A stretch of DNA of 64,000 nucleotides from the sequence record OQ708376.1; one strand, 5' to 3'. The notes under the pieces are model-generated. The model worked only from the letters and a program-made list of their open reading frames with translations, made no database searches and was not told the origin of the DNA. A program made the position numbers and the translations under genes. This document shows, in pieces, positions 21,450-31,111 of the stretch. How positions within the stretch are numbered: position 1 is the first letter of the stretch; every line of letters starts with the position of its first letter. The stretch is from Escherichia phage vB_EcoM_CRJP21.

Positions 21450-21513
21450 ATAACTACCTCACTTGTTATGATGGTGTCACCCAAAATGAGTGACACCTTT
21501 ATTATTATAATTA

Positions 21514-24500
21514 TTAAGCAGTACGTTGTGCAATAAACATATCTGTTACTGGACTCACCCCGTCATAAATGACTTGGTAGATAGTTACAGAGTTTGCAGT
21601 TTTGTTTAGAGTTCCATCAACAACCGCATAAGTACCATCAGTAGTAAAGTTTCTATTACCTGTTGCATCTTGTTTTACATAAATGTATACTGAAGATGCT
21701 TTACCACCACCGATTAGACCAGTGATTGGTGCTAGAGTTGTATCTTGATCTAGAGTGATAAAGTATACGTTGCTAGTACCGTCTGGGGTCCAAGTGCCAG
21801 TTGGTGCAATAACAGAAGAAGTTACTTGATTAGGAATAACATCATATTTTTTAGTAGTTACTGTTGTAGTAGTCAAGTCAGCATTAGTAGTTGTTAATTG
21901 ACCAGTTACAGTTACATCTTTATCAAATACTGCATTTTCTTTGAAAGAAGATGTTGCATTGACAGTTAATGTATCAGCAGCCGCGTCACCTAAAACAACA
22001 CTACCATTTGCAGTCATTAATCCAGTAACAGTTAAAGTACCACCGATTGTTGCTGCTCCAGTAACAGATGCACTAGCAAGTGTTGCTGCACCAGAAGTAG
22101 TAATAGTAGTTACTGAAGTTGCTGCTAGGGTTGCAGTACCTGTTGCAGAAATATCACCACCAACAGTTAGGTTACCAGAAGTAATCCCAACGGTTCCAGT
22201 AATGTTAGCACCACTTGACATTGTTACTGCACCACCAAATGAACCAGTAGTAGTTACTTCAAGGGTGTTCCCTTTTAGCAGACCAGTTGCAGTAATACTT
22301 GTACCTGCGGTAATGCTAGTACCAGCAGCAACACTGTTGGTTGCAGTTAATGATTTAACAGCTACATCAGAGTTTGCTTGGTTTAGTGTTGCGTTTAGAA
22401 CACCAGTTACTGTAAAGTTACCGTTGTTAACTACGTTACCATTGATTGTTAAGTTGTTGTTTTGTGAACCAACATCACCAATAGTTGCTGATTTAGAAAT
22501 CAACTCTGCACCAGAAGTAATATTACCCGCTGCACTAATAGTGTCAGCCGCAACAACTGCATAAGGTTCGATTGTTTGACCACTAACATCAATATCAGCG
22601 TTGATACCACCATCTACACGCAAGGAACCAGCAATGTAAGTGTTAGGGAAAATCTGAACTGTTTCTGGTTGTTCACCGATCTTAGTACCAATAATAACAT
22701 TAGAACCAGTTTTCACTGCACCAGAAGTTGTTAGTGAACCTAAAGTTGCTGCACCAGTTACACCTAGTGTACCACCAATTGTTGCATTGTTAGTAACTGC
22801 TAATGCAGTTCCTTCACCATTAAGAGTGATTGATGGAGCAGTTGCTGCACCAGTTACACCTAATGTACCACCAATTGTTGCATTACCATCTGAATGTAGT
22901 GTGGTTGCAACAGAAAGACTGTTTGCAACTACATCAGTACTAGCTAAATCCAATGCACCTGGCGTTAATGTACCAGTAATGTTAACATTATTACCAAAGG
23001 TTGCTGCACCAGTTACATCTATTGTAGTACTAAATGTACCAGAAGTTGCAGATACCGCACCTGAATCTAGTGAACCGACAGTTGCCTTTCCAGTTACACC
23101 TAGTGTACCACCAATTGTTGCATTGTTAGTAACTGCTAATGCAGTTCCTTCACCATTAAGAGCGATTGATGGAGCAGTTGCTGCACCAGTTACACCTAGT
23201 GTACCACCGATTGTTGCATTGCCGTTTGAATGTAGGGTTGTTGCAACAGAAAGACTGTTAGCATCTACATCAGTACTAGATAAATCCAATGCACCTGGGG
23301 TTAACGTGCCAGTAATATTAACATTGTTACCAAATGTTGCTGCACCTGTTACACCTAGTGTAGTACTAAATGTACCAGAAGTTGCAGATATTGCACCTGA
23401 ATCTAGTGAACCGACTGTTGCCTTTCCAGTTACATCTAAAGTACCACCAACTGTTCCATTTGTGGTTACTGCCAATGTACCAGTACTTAATTCTTGTGCA
23501 GTTACCTTACCGGATGCAGTAACAGTTGAAGTGGAAACACCACCAGTTAGAGTACTTGCACCAGTAACACTTAATGTGGTTGCAGCAGTTACGCTATTCA
23601 CGTTAAGATCAGCACCGGATAGGTCCAAACCACCTTCAGGAATAAATGCACCCTTAACAGTTAGTTTTTGTACAGTACTGTCACCAGTTACATCTAGAGT
23701 AGATGCTGTAAGGCCACCATTCATACTAGCTGCACCAGTAACACCAAGGGTAGTAGTTACAGTTGCACTATTAAGGGTAGAGTCACCAGAAATATTAGCA
23801 CTTGGTGCGGTAATAGTTCCTGCATCAACTTGAATACCACCATCAACTACTTGAATACCACCAGTATTAACTGTTAGTTTACCACCAGTTGACAATGTGT
23901 TTGAAACTGTAGTTGCACCAGTTAACGTTGTGGTTCCAGTAACACCCAAGTTACCAGAAATAGATGGACTACCTGTAATGTTACCTGTAGTTAGAATCAA
24001 ATCAGTACCTACAGTGGTAGAGCCAGTACTTTCTAGTGTTACACCGACGATGTTTGCAGAACTTAGGTCAATAGAACCATCAACAGTTAAGTTACCTTGA
24101 ACGGTTGCATCACCTAGAGAAGTTAATGTCTTCACAGACACATCAGTTGTGCTAAGATCAATAACACCCGCAGTTAGTGTTCCAGATACTGCTAAATTAC
24201 CAGTAATCGCGGTATTTTTAGTAATGGATACATTTTCTGCCGCTGAAGTAATAGAACCAACAGTAAGTACACCACCAACAGTTGCGTTATTAGTTACATT
24301 TAGAGCAGTTCCAACACCAGATAGTGTTGCTGACCCACCAGTAATTGCACCTGAGATTGAAGCTGTTGCTGCTGAAACATCACCAGAAACTACTGCATTT
24401 GTTGCATTTAGAGCAGACACTGTAACTTCAGTACTTTGAACTTTAGGTAGAACGTTGATACCTTCTGCACTACTAACTGTAATAATACCAGTACTTGTTA

Positions 24501-27500
24501 GAGATTTAACAGATACATCAGAACCACTTAAATCAACTGTACCAGAAACAACAAGATCTCCACCAATATTTGCTCCAGCGGTAGTAGTAATGGATTTTGC
24601 ACTTACATCAGTTGTGCTCAAATCAATTGCACCTGGTGTTACTGTACCAGAAACTGTTAGGTCACCAGTAATAGATGTATTATTGGAAATAGATACACCA
24701 TCAACGTTACTAATTGTTGGGGTTTCTACAGAAACTGCTTTAACTTTACCTGAAGAAGTTACGTCAGCTACGGTAGATGCACCAGTAACATTCAAATTAG
24801 TAATATTTGCAGTTGTTGAACCAAGGGTTGCAATAGTTGCATCAGTACTTTGAAGTTTAGGTAGAACACTACTAATTGTAGATTCATTACTAACAATTGC
24901 ACCAGTACTAGTTAAAGATTTGACAGTAACATCAGCAGTAGTAAGATCTACTGTACCATTAACAGTTAGGTTACCACCAATAGTTGCACCAGCAGTAGTA
25001 GTAATGGATTTAGCATTAACATCAGTTGTTGCTAGATCGATAGAGCCTGGAATAACTGCACCAGTAACGGTTAGGTCACCAGTTACATTTGTATTATTGG
25101 AAATAGTGACACCACTTGCATTTGAAATGGTTGGGGTAACCAACGATGCAGTTGTAGTTTCACCAGTTACAGTTAAAGTTGACCCAACTAGAACAGATGA
25201 GCTTGAGTAAATTGTACCCAAATTAGCAGATCCGGTAACAGTTATATCATCAGCATTAACAGTAGTTGCCGTTATGGTAGTACTATTAAGTACAGGAAGT
25301 ACGTTAGCATTAACAAGGTCATTACTTTTAACAATACCAGAAGAAGTTAGTGATTTAACGTTAATGTCTGCTGCTGATAAATCAAAAGAACCTTGAACCA
25401 CAAGATCTCCACCAATATTTGCACCAGCGGTAGTAGTGATTGATTTCGCACTAACATCAGTAGTACTCAAATCAATTGTACCTGGGGTTACTGTACCAGT
25501 AACTGTTAGATTTCCAGTAATATCAACATTTTCTGTGAAGTTAGTATTACCACTAATAGTTGGTGCAGTCAGAGTTGTTGCACTAATATTAGTACCGTTA
25601 ATTGTTTGTCCACTTACAGTTCCACTCGCAGTGATAGTAGGAGCCGTTACTTCAGTAGATGCACTAATTGTTGGTGCAGATACAGAAGTTGTACCAGTAA
25701 TAGAACCAGAACTTACTGAACCAGCGGATAATGCACCAGAAAGAGTTGCAGTTGTACCAGCAATATCACCAGTAACAGTTAGTTTAGCACCCACGGTAGT
25801 GTTACCAGTACTTTCAAGGGTTGCACCTTTAATATTTGTCGCAGCAACAACTGAGTTTGGTGTTAGATCCTGACCACTTACATCAACAGTTAACCCAGTT
25901 ACGGTGCCAGTAAAATCGACATCATTAAGAATTGCTTTACCACCAACTTGTAGGAATGGTGTACTAGGGTCTTGTGTTGCGTTACCTGTAATGGTTAGGT
26001 AATCTAATTTGTTTAGGCCATTACCAGTAATACCATACGTAGAAAGTGCAGCATTACCAAAAGTTGCCGTTTTTAGAACGTTCAGTGTTGAAGGAGAAAC
26101 TAATTCTGATTGAACTTCGTTAGGTAAAATCACGGTTGGACGTTGACTTGGTGCAGTATATCCAAATCCAAGTTTTACAGCAGAATCTTGACTACTTTGG
26201 CCTAAGCTGATAGCTTTAAATGATGCAGTACTATTATACCCAGTAATATTAGAACCAAGAGTAACACCACCAACTAATGAAGTTGCACCAGTAACGTTCA
26301 AAGATGCTGCATTAATATCGTCTAATTGGAATGTTCCACCAAGAACACCAGAAATATTAATATTATTAAAATTAGCAGTTCCAGTACTTTCAATATTTGG
26401 TATAGTTGCAGTTCCGGTGACTTCAAAGTCAGCAACTTTGGTTTTTCCTTTTTGAACTTCTAATAGTGGTGTATCTGGAGCTTGTGTTTCGTTACCAGAA
26501 ACTGTTAGATAATCTAATTTGTTTAGGCCATTACCAGTAATGCCATAAGACGATAATGACGCATTACCAAAAGTTGCAGTTTTAAGAACGTTCAATGTAG
26601 AAGGAGAAACTACTTCTGATTGAACTTCATTAGGTAGAATAACTGTTGGGCGTTGACCGGGTGCAGTATATCCAAAACCTAGTTTCACTGCTGCATCTTG
26701 ACTATTTTGACCTAAGCTAATAGCTTTAAAGGTAGCAGTACTATTATACCCAGTAATATTAGAACCAAGAGTAACACCACCAACTAACGAAGTGGCCCCA
26801 GTAACGTTCAATGTTACTGCATTAATATCATCTAGTTGGAATGTTCCACCAAGAACACCAGAAATATTAATATTATTAAAATTAGCAGTTCCAGTACTTT
26901 CAATATTTGGTATAGTTGCGGTTCCTGTAACTTCAAAATCGGCAACTTTGGTTTTTCCTTTTTGAACTTCTAATAGTGGGGTGTCTGGTGATTGTGTATT
27001 GTTACCAGAAACTGTTAGATAATCTAATTTGTTTAGACCATTACCAGTAATACCATAAGAAGATAATGACGCATTACCAAAAGAAGCAGATGTCAAAACT
27101 GTTAAGTTTGCAGGTGACATTAACTCGGACTGAATTTCGTTTTGTAGAATAACAGTTGGGCGTTTACCAGGAGCAGTGTAAGGGAAGCTTAATCTGAAGG
27201 TTTGTGATTCAGAGTTAGAACCAATACGAATGTCTTTAAAAGTAGCAGTACTGTTAATACCAGTTACGTTAGCACCGAAAGTTACTGCACCTTGTTGGTT
27301 AGATGCACCAGTAACGTTCAATGTTACTGCATTTAAGTCAGATAGATTAAACTCACCACCAAGTGTACCACTAATTGTCACATCTTTAAATGTAGCAGTA
27401 CCAGTACTACTAATATCTGTTGTACTTACATTAGTAATTTCTGCGGTATTAGCAGTAATTTTATCAAATGCAGCAGTAGTCCCAACATCAGCAGTAATAT

Positions 27501-27903
27501 TACCTTTAAATGCTGTTGTTTCAGCAACTTCTAAGTTTTTAACTTTAGTTGCTTGTAGAGTGGTTGTACCAGCAGTTTGTGTAAAATCAGAACCAACTGA
27601 TACAGTACCGTTAAAGGTAGCGTTTGAATTAATTGTTGCTGTATCAGACCCGACCACTGCACTACCGATTGTAGTATTACCCTCAACACCAAGACCACCA
27701 GAAAGTGTTGCTTTGCCACCTACATCTAAAGTAGATGTAATATTGGCAGTTGATGATTCAATGGCAGTAAAAGTTGCATTTGCAAAAGTTACAGTACCAT
27801 TTACAGTTAGGTTATTGTTGAAAACAGCATTTCCTTTGACTAAAAGATCCTTACCAACCGTACCAGCACCAGTAATATCTAAGTCAGTTTTTATTGAGTA
27901 CAT
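21514..27903 (-). CDS. Giant repetitive fibre / adhesin-like structural protein
   Basis: 2129 aa, Thr/Gly/Ala/Val/Ser/Asn-rich; GGAGGG RBS; built from at least three families of tandem repeats; no enzymatic motif. Confidence 0.6.
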   Translation of the reverse strand: MYSIKTDLDITGAGTVGKDLLVKGNAVFNNNLTVNGTVTFANATFTAIESSTANITSTLDVGGKATLSGGLGVEGNTTIGSAVVGSDTATINSNATFNGTVSVGSDFTQTAGTTTLQATKVKNLEVAETTAFKGNITADVGTTAAFDKITANTAEITNVSTTDISSTGTATFKDVTISGTLGGEFNLSDLNAVTLNVTGASNQQGAVTFGANVTGINSTATFKDIRIGSNSESQTFRLSFPYTAPGKRPTVILQNEIQSELMSPANLTVLTSASFGNASLSSYGITGNGLNKLDYLTVSGNNTQSPDTPLLEVQKGKTKVADFEVTGTATIPNIESTGTANFNNINISGVLGGTFQLDDINAVTLNVTGATSLVGGVTLGSNITGYNSTATFKAISLGQNSQDAAVKLGFGYTAPGQRPTVILPNEVQSEVVSPSTLNVLKTATFGNASLSSYGITGNGLNKLDYLTVSGNETQAPDTPLLEVQKGKTKVADFEVTGTATIPNIESTGTANFNNINISGVLGGTFQLDDINAASLNVTGATSLVGGVTLGSNITGYNSTASFKAISLGQSSQDSAVKLGFGYTAPSQRPTVILPNEVQSELVSPSTLNVLKTATFGNAALSTYGITGNGLNKLDYLTITGNATQDPSTPFLQVGGKAILNDVDFTGTVTGLTVDVSGQDLTPNSVVAATNIKGATLESTGNTTVGAKLTVTGDIAGTTATLSGALSAGSVSSGSITGTTSVSAPTISASTEVTAPTITASGTVSGQTINGTNISATTLTAPTISGNTNFTENVDITGNLTVTGTVTPGTIDLSTTDVSAKSITTTAGANIGGDLVVQGSFDLSAADINVKSLTSSGIVKSNDLVNANVLPVLNSTTITATTVNADDITVTGSANLGTIYSSSSVLVGSTLTVTGETTTASLVTPTISNASGVTISNNTNVTGDLTVTGAVIPGSIDLATTDVNAKSITTTAGATIGGNLTVNGTVDLTTADVTVKSLTSTGAIVSNESTISSVLPKLQSTDATIATLGSTTANITNLNVTGASTVADVTSSGKVKAVSVETPTISNVDGVSISNNTSITGDLTVSGTVTPGAIDLSTTDVSAKSITTTAGANIGGDLVVSGTVDLSGSDVSVKSLTSTGIITVSSAEGINVLPKVQSTEVTVSALNATNAVVSGDVSAATASISGAITGGSATLSGVGTALNVTNNATVGGVLTVGSITSAAENVSITKNTAITGNLAVSGTLTAGVIDLSTTDVSVKTLTSLGDATVQGNLTVDGSIDLSSANIVGVTLESTGSTTVGTDLILTTGNITGSPSISGNLGVTGTTTLTGATTVSNTLSTGGKLTVNTGGIQVVDGGIQVDAGTITAPSANISGDSTLNSATVTTTLGVTGAASMNGGLTASTLDVTGDSTVQKLTVKGAFIPEGGLDLSGADLNVNSVTAATTLSVTGASTLTGGVSTSTVTASGKVTAQELSTGTLAVTTNGTVGGTLDVTGKATVGSLDSGAISATSGTFSTTLGVTGAATFGNNVNITGTLTPGALDLSSTDVDANSLSVATTLHSNGNATIGGTLGVTGAATAPSIALNGEGTALAVTNNATIGGTLGVTGKATVGSLDSGAVSATSGTFSTTIDVTGAATFGNNVNITGTLTPGALDLASTDVVANSLSVATTLHSDGNATIGGTLGVTGAATAPSITLNGEGTALAVTNNATIGGTLGVTGAATLGSLTTSGAVKTGSNVIIGTKIGEQPETVQIFPNTYIAGSLRVDGGINADIDVSGQTIEPYAVVAADTISAAGNITSGAELISKSATIGDVGSQNNNLTINGNVVNNGNFTVTGVLNATLNQANSDVAVKSLTATNSVAAGTSITAGTSITATGLLKGNTLEVTTTGSFGGAVTMSSGANITGTVGITSGNLTVGGDISATGTATLAATSVTTITTSGAATLASASVTGAATIGGTLTVTGLMTANGSVVLGDAAADTLTVNATSSFKENAVFDKDVTVTGQLTTTNADLTTTTVTTKKYDVIPNQVTSSVIAPTGTWTPDGTSNVYFITLDQDTTLAPITGLIGGGKASSVYIYVKQDATGNRNFTTDGTYAVVDGTLNKTANSVTIYQVIYDGVSPVTDMFIAQRTA
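22640..23460 (-). repeat. Tandem coding repeat family 1 (~321-bp units) in the giant fibre gene
   Basis: Near-identical DNA blocks around 22770-22900 and 23090-23230, encoding repeated ...NATIGGTLGVTGAATAPSI.LNGEGTALAVTNNATIGGTLGVTG...; boundaries approximate. Confidence 0.6.
24450..25520 (-). repeat. Tandem coding repeat family 2 (~420-bp units) in the giant fibre gene
   Basis: Repeated DNA around 24590, 24990 and 25420, encoding ...IDLSTTDVSAKSITTTAGANIGGDLVV.G..DLS... units; boundaries approximate. Confidence 0.55.
25950..27430 (-). repeat. Tandem coding repeat family 3 (~510-bp units, about 3 copies) in the giant fibre gene
   Basis: The string taatctaatttgtttaggccattaccagtaat recurs near 26001, 26511 and 27021; protein repeats GNASLSSYGITGNGLNKLDYLTVSGN..Q.PDTPLLEVQKGKTKVADFEVTGTATIPNIESTGTANFNNINISG... 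Confidence 0.65.
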
Positions 27904-28006
27904 TTATACCCTCCATTATAACCTTGTTAATATGTATATATTTAGTTTTATTATGCTGTTATCCAACAATTAATATGTTATTTGACAAAAGCAAATATAA
28001 TAAAAA

Positions 28007-28042
28007 ACCAGACTTATTTAGGACAAGTCTGGTTAATTTTTT
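28007..28042 (-). terminator. Rho-independent terminator after the 298-aa fibre gene
   Basis: Perfect 10-bp stem AACCAGACTT / AAGTCTGGTT flanked by an A-tract upstream and a T-tract downstream (so a U-run follows the stem on either strand). Confidence 0.55.
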
Positions 28043-28939
28043 TTACTTACCAGAGATGACAATCTTACCACTGAAAGAAATATCAGAAGTGAAGATTACA
28101 TCACCAGTACTACTAATTTGTGTATCAGTCACTACCAATTCAAATGGAGATGACGCAACACTCCCAGGTGTTTTATTTGCATAAATTGAAATATACAAAT
28201 TATCTGGTGTTTGATTGTGTTCAGATGCAGGAATAGTGATTGTAAAATCACCAGCACTAGAAACCCAATCTGCTTGGTTTACCAATTTACTATAAGGTAC
28301 TGTCATTGTTGTTGCTCCTATAATGTTTACTTTAACACTTGCATAATCTGTGATTTGACCAATCACATCAATTGTTATATCCCCAATACCACTAACTGTT
28401 ACTGTGGTTTGGAATACTGATTCCAATGCAACATTACCTGGGTCACCTTGTAGTTGGATCATAATATCAGAACCTCTACCATGAACTGATTCTGGTAGTG
28501 TGTAAGTATAATGATCAGTAGTATCTGGTACTAATGTAAATGCAGAAACAGGAACTATTTCAGTAGTTACATATGAACTATCAGTCCCAGGTGAGCTACC
28601 TTTAAATGGTTTCCAAATACCAAGATCTTTAATATAAATTTGAAGAACATTAGTACTATCAACCAAAAAGTAAACGTCACCATCTAGACCGATTGAATCG
28701 GATGGTGCTGTTGTTCCACGTAAGATACCAGAACTACCACCACCACTGTGTGCGTTTAAATATCCCAATGTAACCAAGTGTGTGTTTGCAGTTGGTTCAC
28801 CTGCTGAAATTGGAAGAAGTTGTGTTCCTGAGTAGTTTTGAATTTGCACAACACTACCATTTGTGGTAATCTGTGCACCATTCTTCCCAAGAATGAAGGA
28901 CTTCTTCATGGTTCCTTCTAAATTAGAAAAAACTGCCAT
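28043..28939 (-). CDS. Receptor-binding / tail fibre protein sharing an N-terminal adaptor with the next gene
   Basis: 298 aa; AAGGAG RBS; N-terminus MAVFSNLEGTMKKSFILGKNGAQI nearly matches the start of 28956..31097. Confidence 0.5.
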   Translation of the reverse strand: MAVFSNLEGTMKKSFILGKNGAQITTNGSVVQIQNYSGTQLLPISAGEPTANTHLVTLGYLNAHSGGGSSGILRGTTAPSDSIGLDGDVYFLVDSTNVLQIYIKDLGIWKPFKGSSPGTDSSYVTTEIVPVSAFTLVPDTTDHYTYTLPESVHGRGSDIMIQLQGDPGNVALESVFQTTVTVSGIGDITIDVIGQITDYASVKVNIIGATTMTVPYSKLVNQADWVSSAGDFTITIPASEHNQTPDNLYISIYANKTPGSVASSPFELVVTDTQISSTGDVIFTSDISFSGKIVISGK

Positions 28940-28955
28940 TTTAATATAATCTCCT

Positions 28956-31097
28956 TTATGGTAGGGTTATGTAAGTTACGGGTTGGGCAGCTTTTAATGC
29001 TGCACCAGCGGCAGTTGCTGTTATGATAGGATCTGCAATATCAATTCTATATACGTTGTTTACAACATACACTGCACGAGTTATATACGTTCTCAAATCA
29101 CCACCATTTTCACCAGCACCGGATATAATGATCTCAGTACCAGCAGCTTTTGCATATTGGTTTTCACCCCATGACACACCCAATGCTTCTATGTATGTTT
29201 GTCCTGCTACCGTTTGTCTAATTGTGTCATATTTTCCGAAAAAAGAACCACCAACAGTTACAATATATTTTCCACCCGATTGTTTATGAATAATCGTGCC
29301 TTCAGAGAAATAGCGTCCCCCAGGAAAAGTATCGTATGGAATATAATATTGCTCAACTACAGGTATCAGTACTGGGCCACGGTGACCTGTACCATCGATT
29401 GCAGTTGTAACTTTAAAGTTATTAGATGATTGGTCTATTCTGTCTACATACATTTTAGAAAAACTATATTTTGAAACATTACAATCATCTTGAACAACAC
29501 AGTTAGTCCAATTAGTATAAGTATATTTAGAGCGAGTATAGATACCACCACCTTCGCCTTCGGTAGAGAGGTGTTGACCAATTACATCTAATTCTTTAGT
29601 TCTAATATCACTAAATTTAGATGATGATGGCAAACCACGCCAAAGGATTTTAGAACAAGTGATATTGCTCAATTCTGTATTATTTAACCAATTATCAGAA
29701 CCGGAAGTATAAACAAGTATAGAAGACTCTGGAATATAGAGATTAGAAATTTTAAAGTTTCTAGGTGGTCCAGCAAAACGACCAGAAGTTACACCCCAGT
29801 TTATTGAAACCATTCTATTTGTGATAGAAGGATCATTAAGCAAATGACCAGTCAACCCATCAATAATGAATTCTTTCGAACCATAAGTTATAACACCAGC
29901 AGTGGTTAATCCAGTACCAACAGAAACTAAAGATGATGGATAAACTTCATTATTAAGTATTTTAAAGTCCATTCCTAATTCAACGTGTATACATTGTCTA
30001 ACATTATATAGTCTGTTATTTTTAATAACAAAGTTTCTGACATATTGTGTATCTGGTGCATCTAAACCATAAGGACCAGAACCAGCAACGCCAATACCAA
30101 TGCCCCAGTTTGAAAGTGGGATTGGAGCGTTAGAACCATCAACGTTTTCAATTACGTTTCCTTCAATCACAAAACCATCAGGATAATGTGAGTTAATTAC
30201 GTTTAGTTCAATTGCATCACCATAGATATCATGAATATGGTTATATGAATATCTACCAACCTTCATTTTCTCACCAGTACCTTGTTGAAGAACACCATAC
30301 TTACATTGGGTCATTTCATTAAAGCAAAAATCTATTGTTCCTGGTTGTGTCATACCTTGCATTAAAAATGCAGCAGTACTTGTGATGTTTATAAATTTAT
30401 TAAAATAAAACTTACCATCGCCACCGAAGAATTTTAAATAACATCCAGTAAGTGTTGCAAATTGTATTTGGGAATTAATAACAGATACCATAGTACCACC
30501 GTTACCAGTAATAGTTCCCCCAAACCAAGTTACATCTTCTAGGTATATTGCAGTTTTGATACGGTAATTACCACCAGCCTGAATTTGGATTTTATTTTCT
30601 TTAGCATAAGCAGCACATAAATTTACAGCAGCAGTGTCATCAGTTTCGCCATCACCTTTAGCACCAAATTCTTCTGGTGTTATATAAAACTGGGCCTGTT
30701 GAACTGTACCTCCAGTAATAAGTCCGATGAAATCGCCACCATTTTTACTGGATAGAACTTTTTTATTAATGTATAATGATTTTACCCATGTACCATTACT
30801 TTTTGCAAAAATATCAACAATACCATCTTCATCAATTTGAAAATACGTATTATTGTTCTTTCCTACATCATCGGTAGGGGGTACAACACCAAATAATGCA
30901 TTAGGGTTATCTTCAAGATATTTTACGTTAACTGCTGAATTAGGGTCAGATGAAGTTCCTACCTTCAGTGGTAGGAACTGTTCTCCTAGATAATCTTTTA
31001 TAGAAACTGAATCATTGATAAAATTTATTGAAGCACCTTTTTTCCCCAATATGAATTTGGGCTGCATAGTTCCTTCAAAATTAGAAAATACTGCCAT
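28956..31097 (-). CDS. Tailspike-like protein with pectate-lyase-type (right-handed beta-helix) domain; putative polysaccharide depolymerase
   Basis: 713 aa; GGAGGA RBS; shared N-terminal adaptor MAVFSNFEGTMQPKFILGKKGASI; motif TPEEFGAKGDGETDDTAAVNLCAAYAKE typical of pectate-lyase-3-type tailspike beta-helices. Confidence 0.6.
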   Translation of the reverse strand: MAVFSNFEGTMQPKFILGKKGASINFINDSVSIKDYLGEQFLPLKVGTSSDPNSAVNVKYLEDNPNALFGVVPPTDDVGKNNNTYFQIDEDGIVDIFAKSNGTWVKSLYINKKVLSSKNGGDFIGLITGGTVQQAQFYITPEEFGAKGDGETDDTAAVNLCAAYAKENKIQIQAGGNYRIKTAIYLEDVTWFGGTITGNGGTMVSVINSQIQFATLTGCYLKFFGGDGKFYFNKFINITSTAAFLMQGMTQPGTIDFCFNEMTQCKYGVLQQGTGEKMKVGRYSYNHIHDIYGDAIELNVINSHYPDGFVIEGNVIENVDGSNAPIPLSNWGIGIGVAGSGPYGLDAPDTQYVRNFVIKNNRLYNVRQCIHVELGMDFKILNNEVYPSSLVSVGTGLTTAGVITYGSKEFIIDGLTGHLLNDPSITNRMVSINWGVTSGRFAGPPRNFKISNLYIPESSILVYTSGSDNWLNNTELSNITCSKILWRGLPSSSKFSDIRTKELDVIGQHLSTEGEGGGIYTRSKYTYTNWTNCVVQDDCNVSKYSFSKMYVDRIDQSSNNFKVTTAIDGTGHRGPVLIPVVEQYYIPYDTFPGGRYFSEGTIIHKQSGGKYIVTVGGSFFGKYDTIRQTVAGQTYIEALGVSWGENQYAKAAGTEIIISGAGENGGDLRTYITRAVYVVNNVYRIDIADPIITATAAGAALKAAQPVTYITLP

Positions 31098-31111
31098 TAT
31101 GACATCCTCCC

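Noticed and set aside
21473-21505. Stem-loop GGTGTCAC..GTGACACC with a T-rich tail downstream of the giant fibre gene
   Set aside because: The T-tract is on the plus strand, where no gene is being transcribed, so it does not obviously terminate the minus-strand fibre transcript; it may be a fortuitous or antisense element.
21941-25873. Series of plus-strand ORFs (207, 348, 67, 96, 132, 96 and 145 aa) inside the giant fibre gene
   Set aside because: They are antisense shadow ORFs of the minus-strand 2129-aa gene; their Ala/Val/Pro/Thr-rich translations are the reverse-frame image of the repetitive Thr/Gly/Ala/Val coding sequence, and they lack ribosome-binding sites.
22640-27430. Possible CRISPR array suggested by regularly spaced direct repeats
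   Set aside because: The repeats are 300-500 bp in-frame coding units of a single long ORF, not short repeats with unique spacers, and there are no cas genes.
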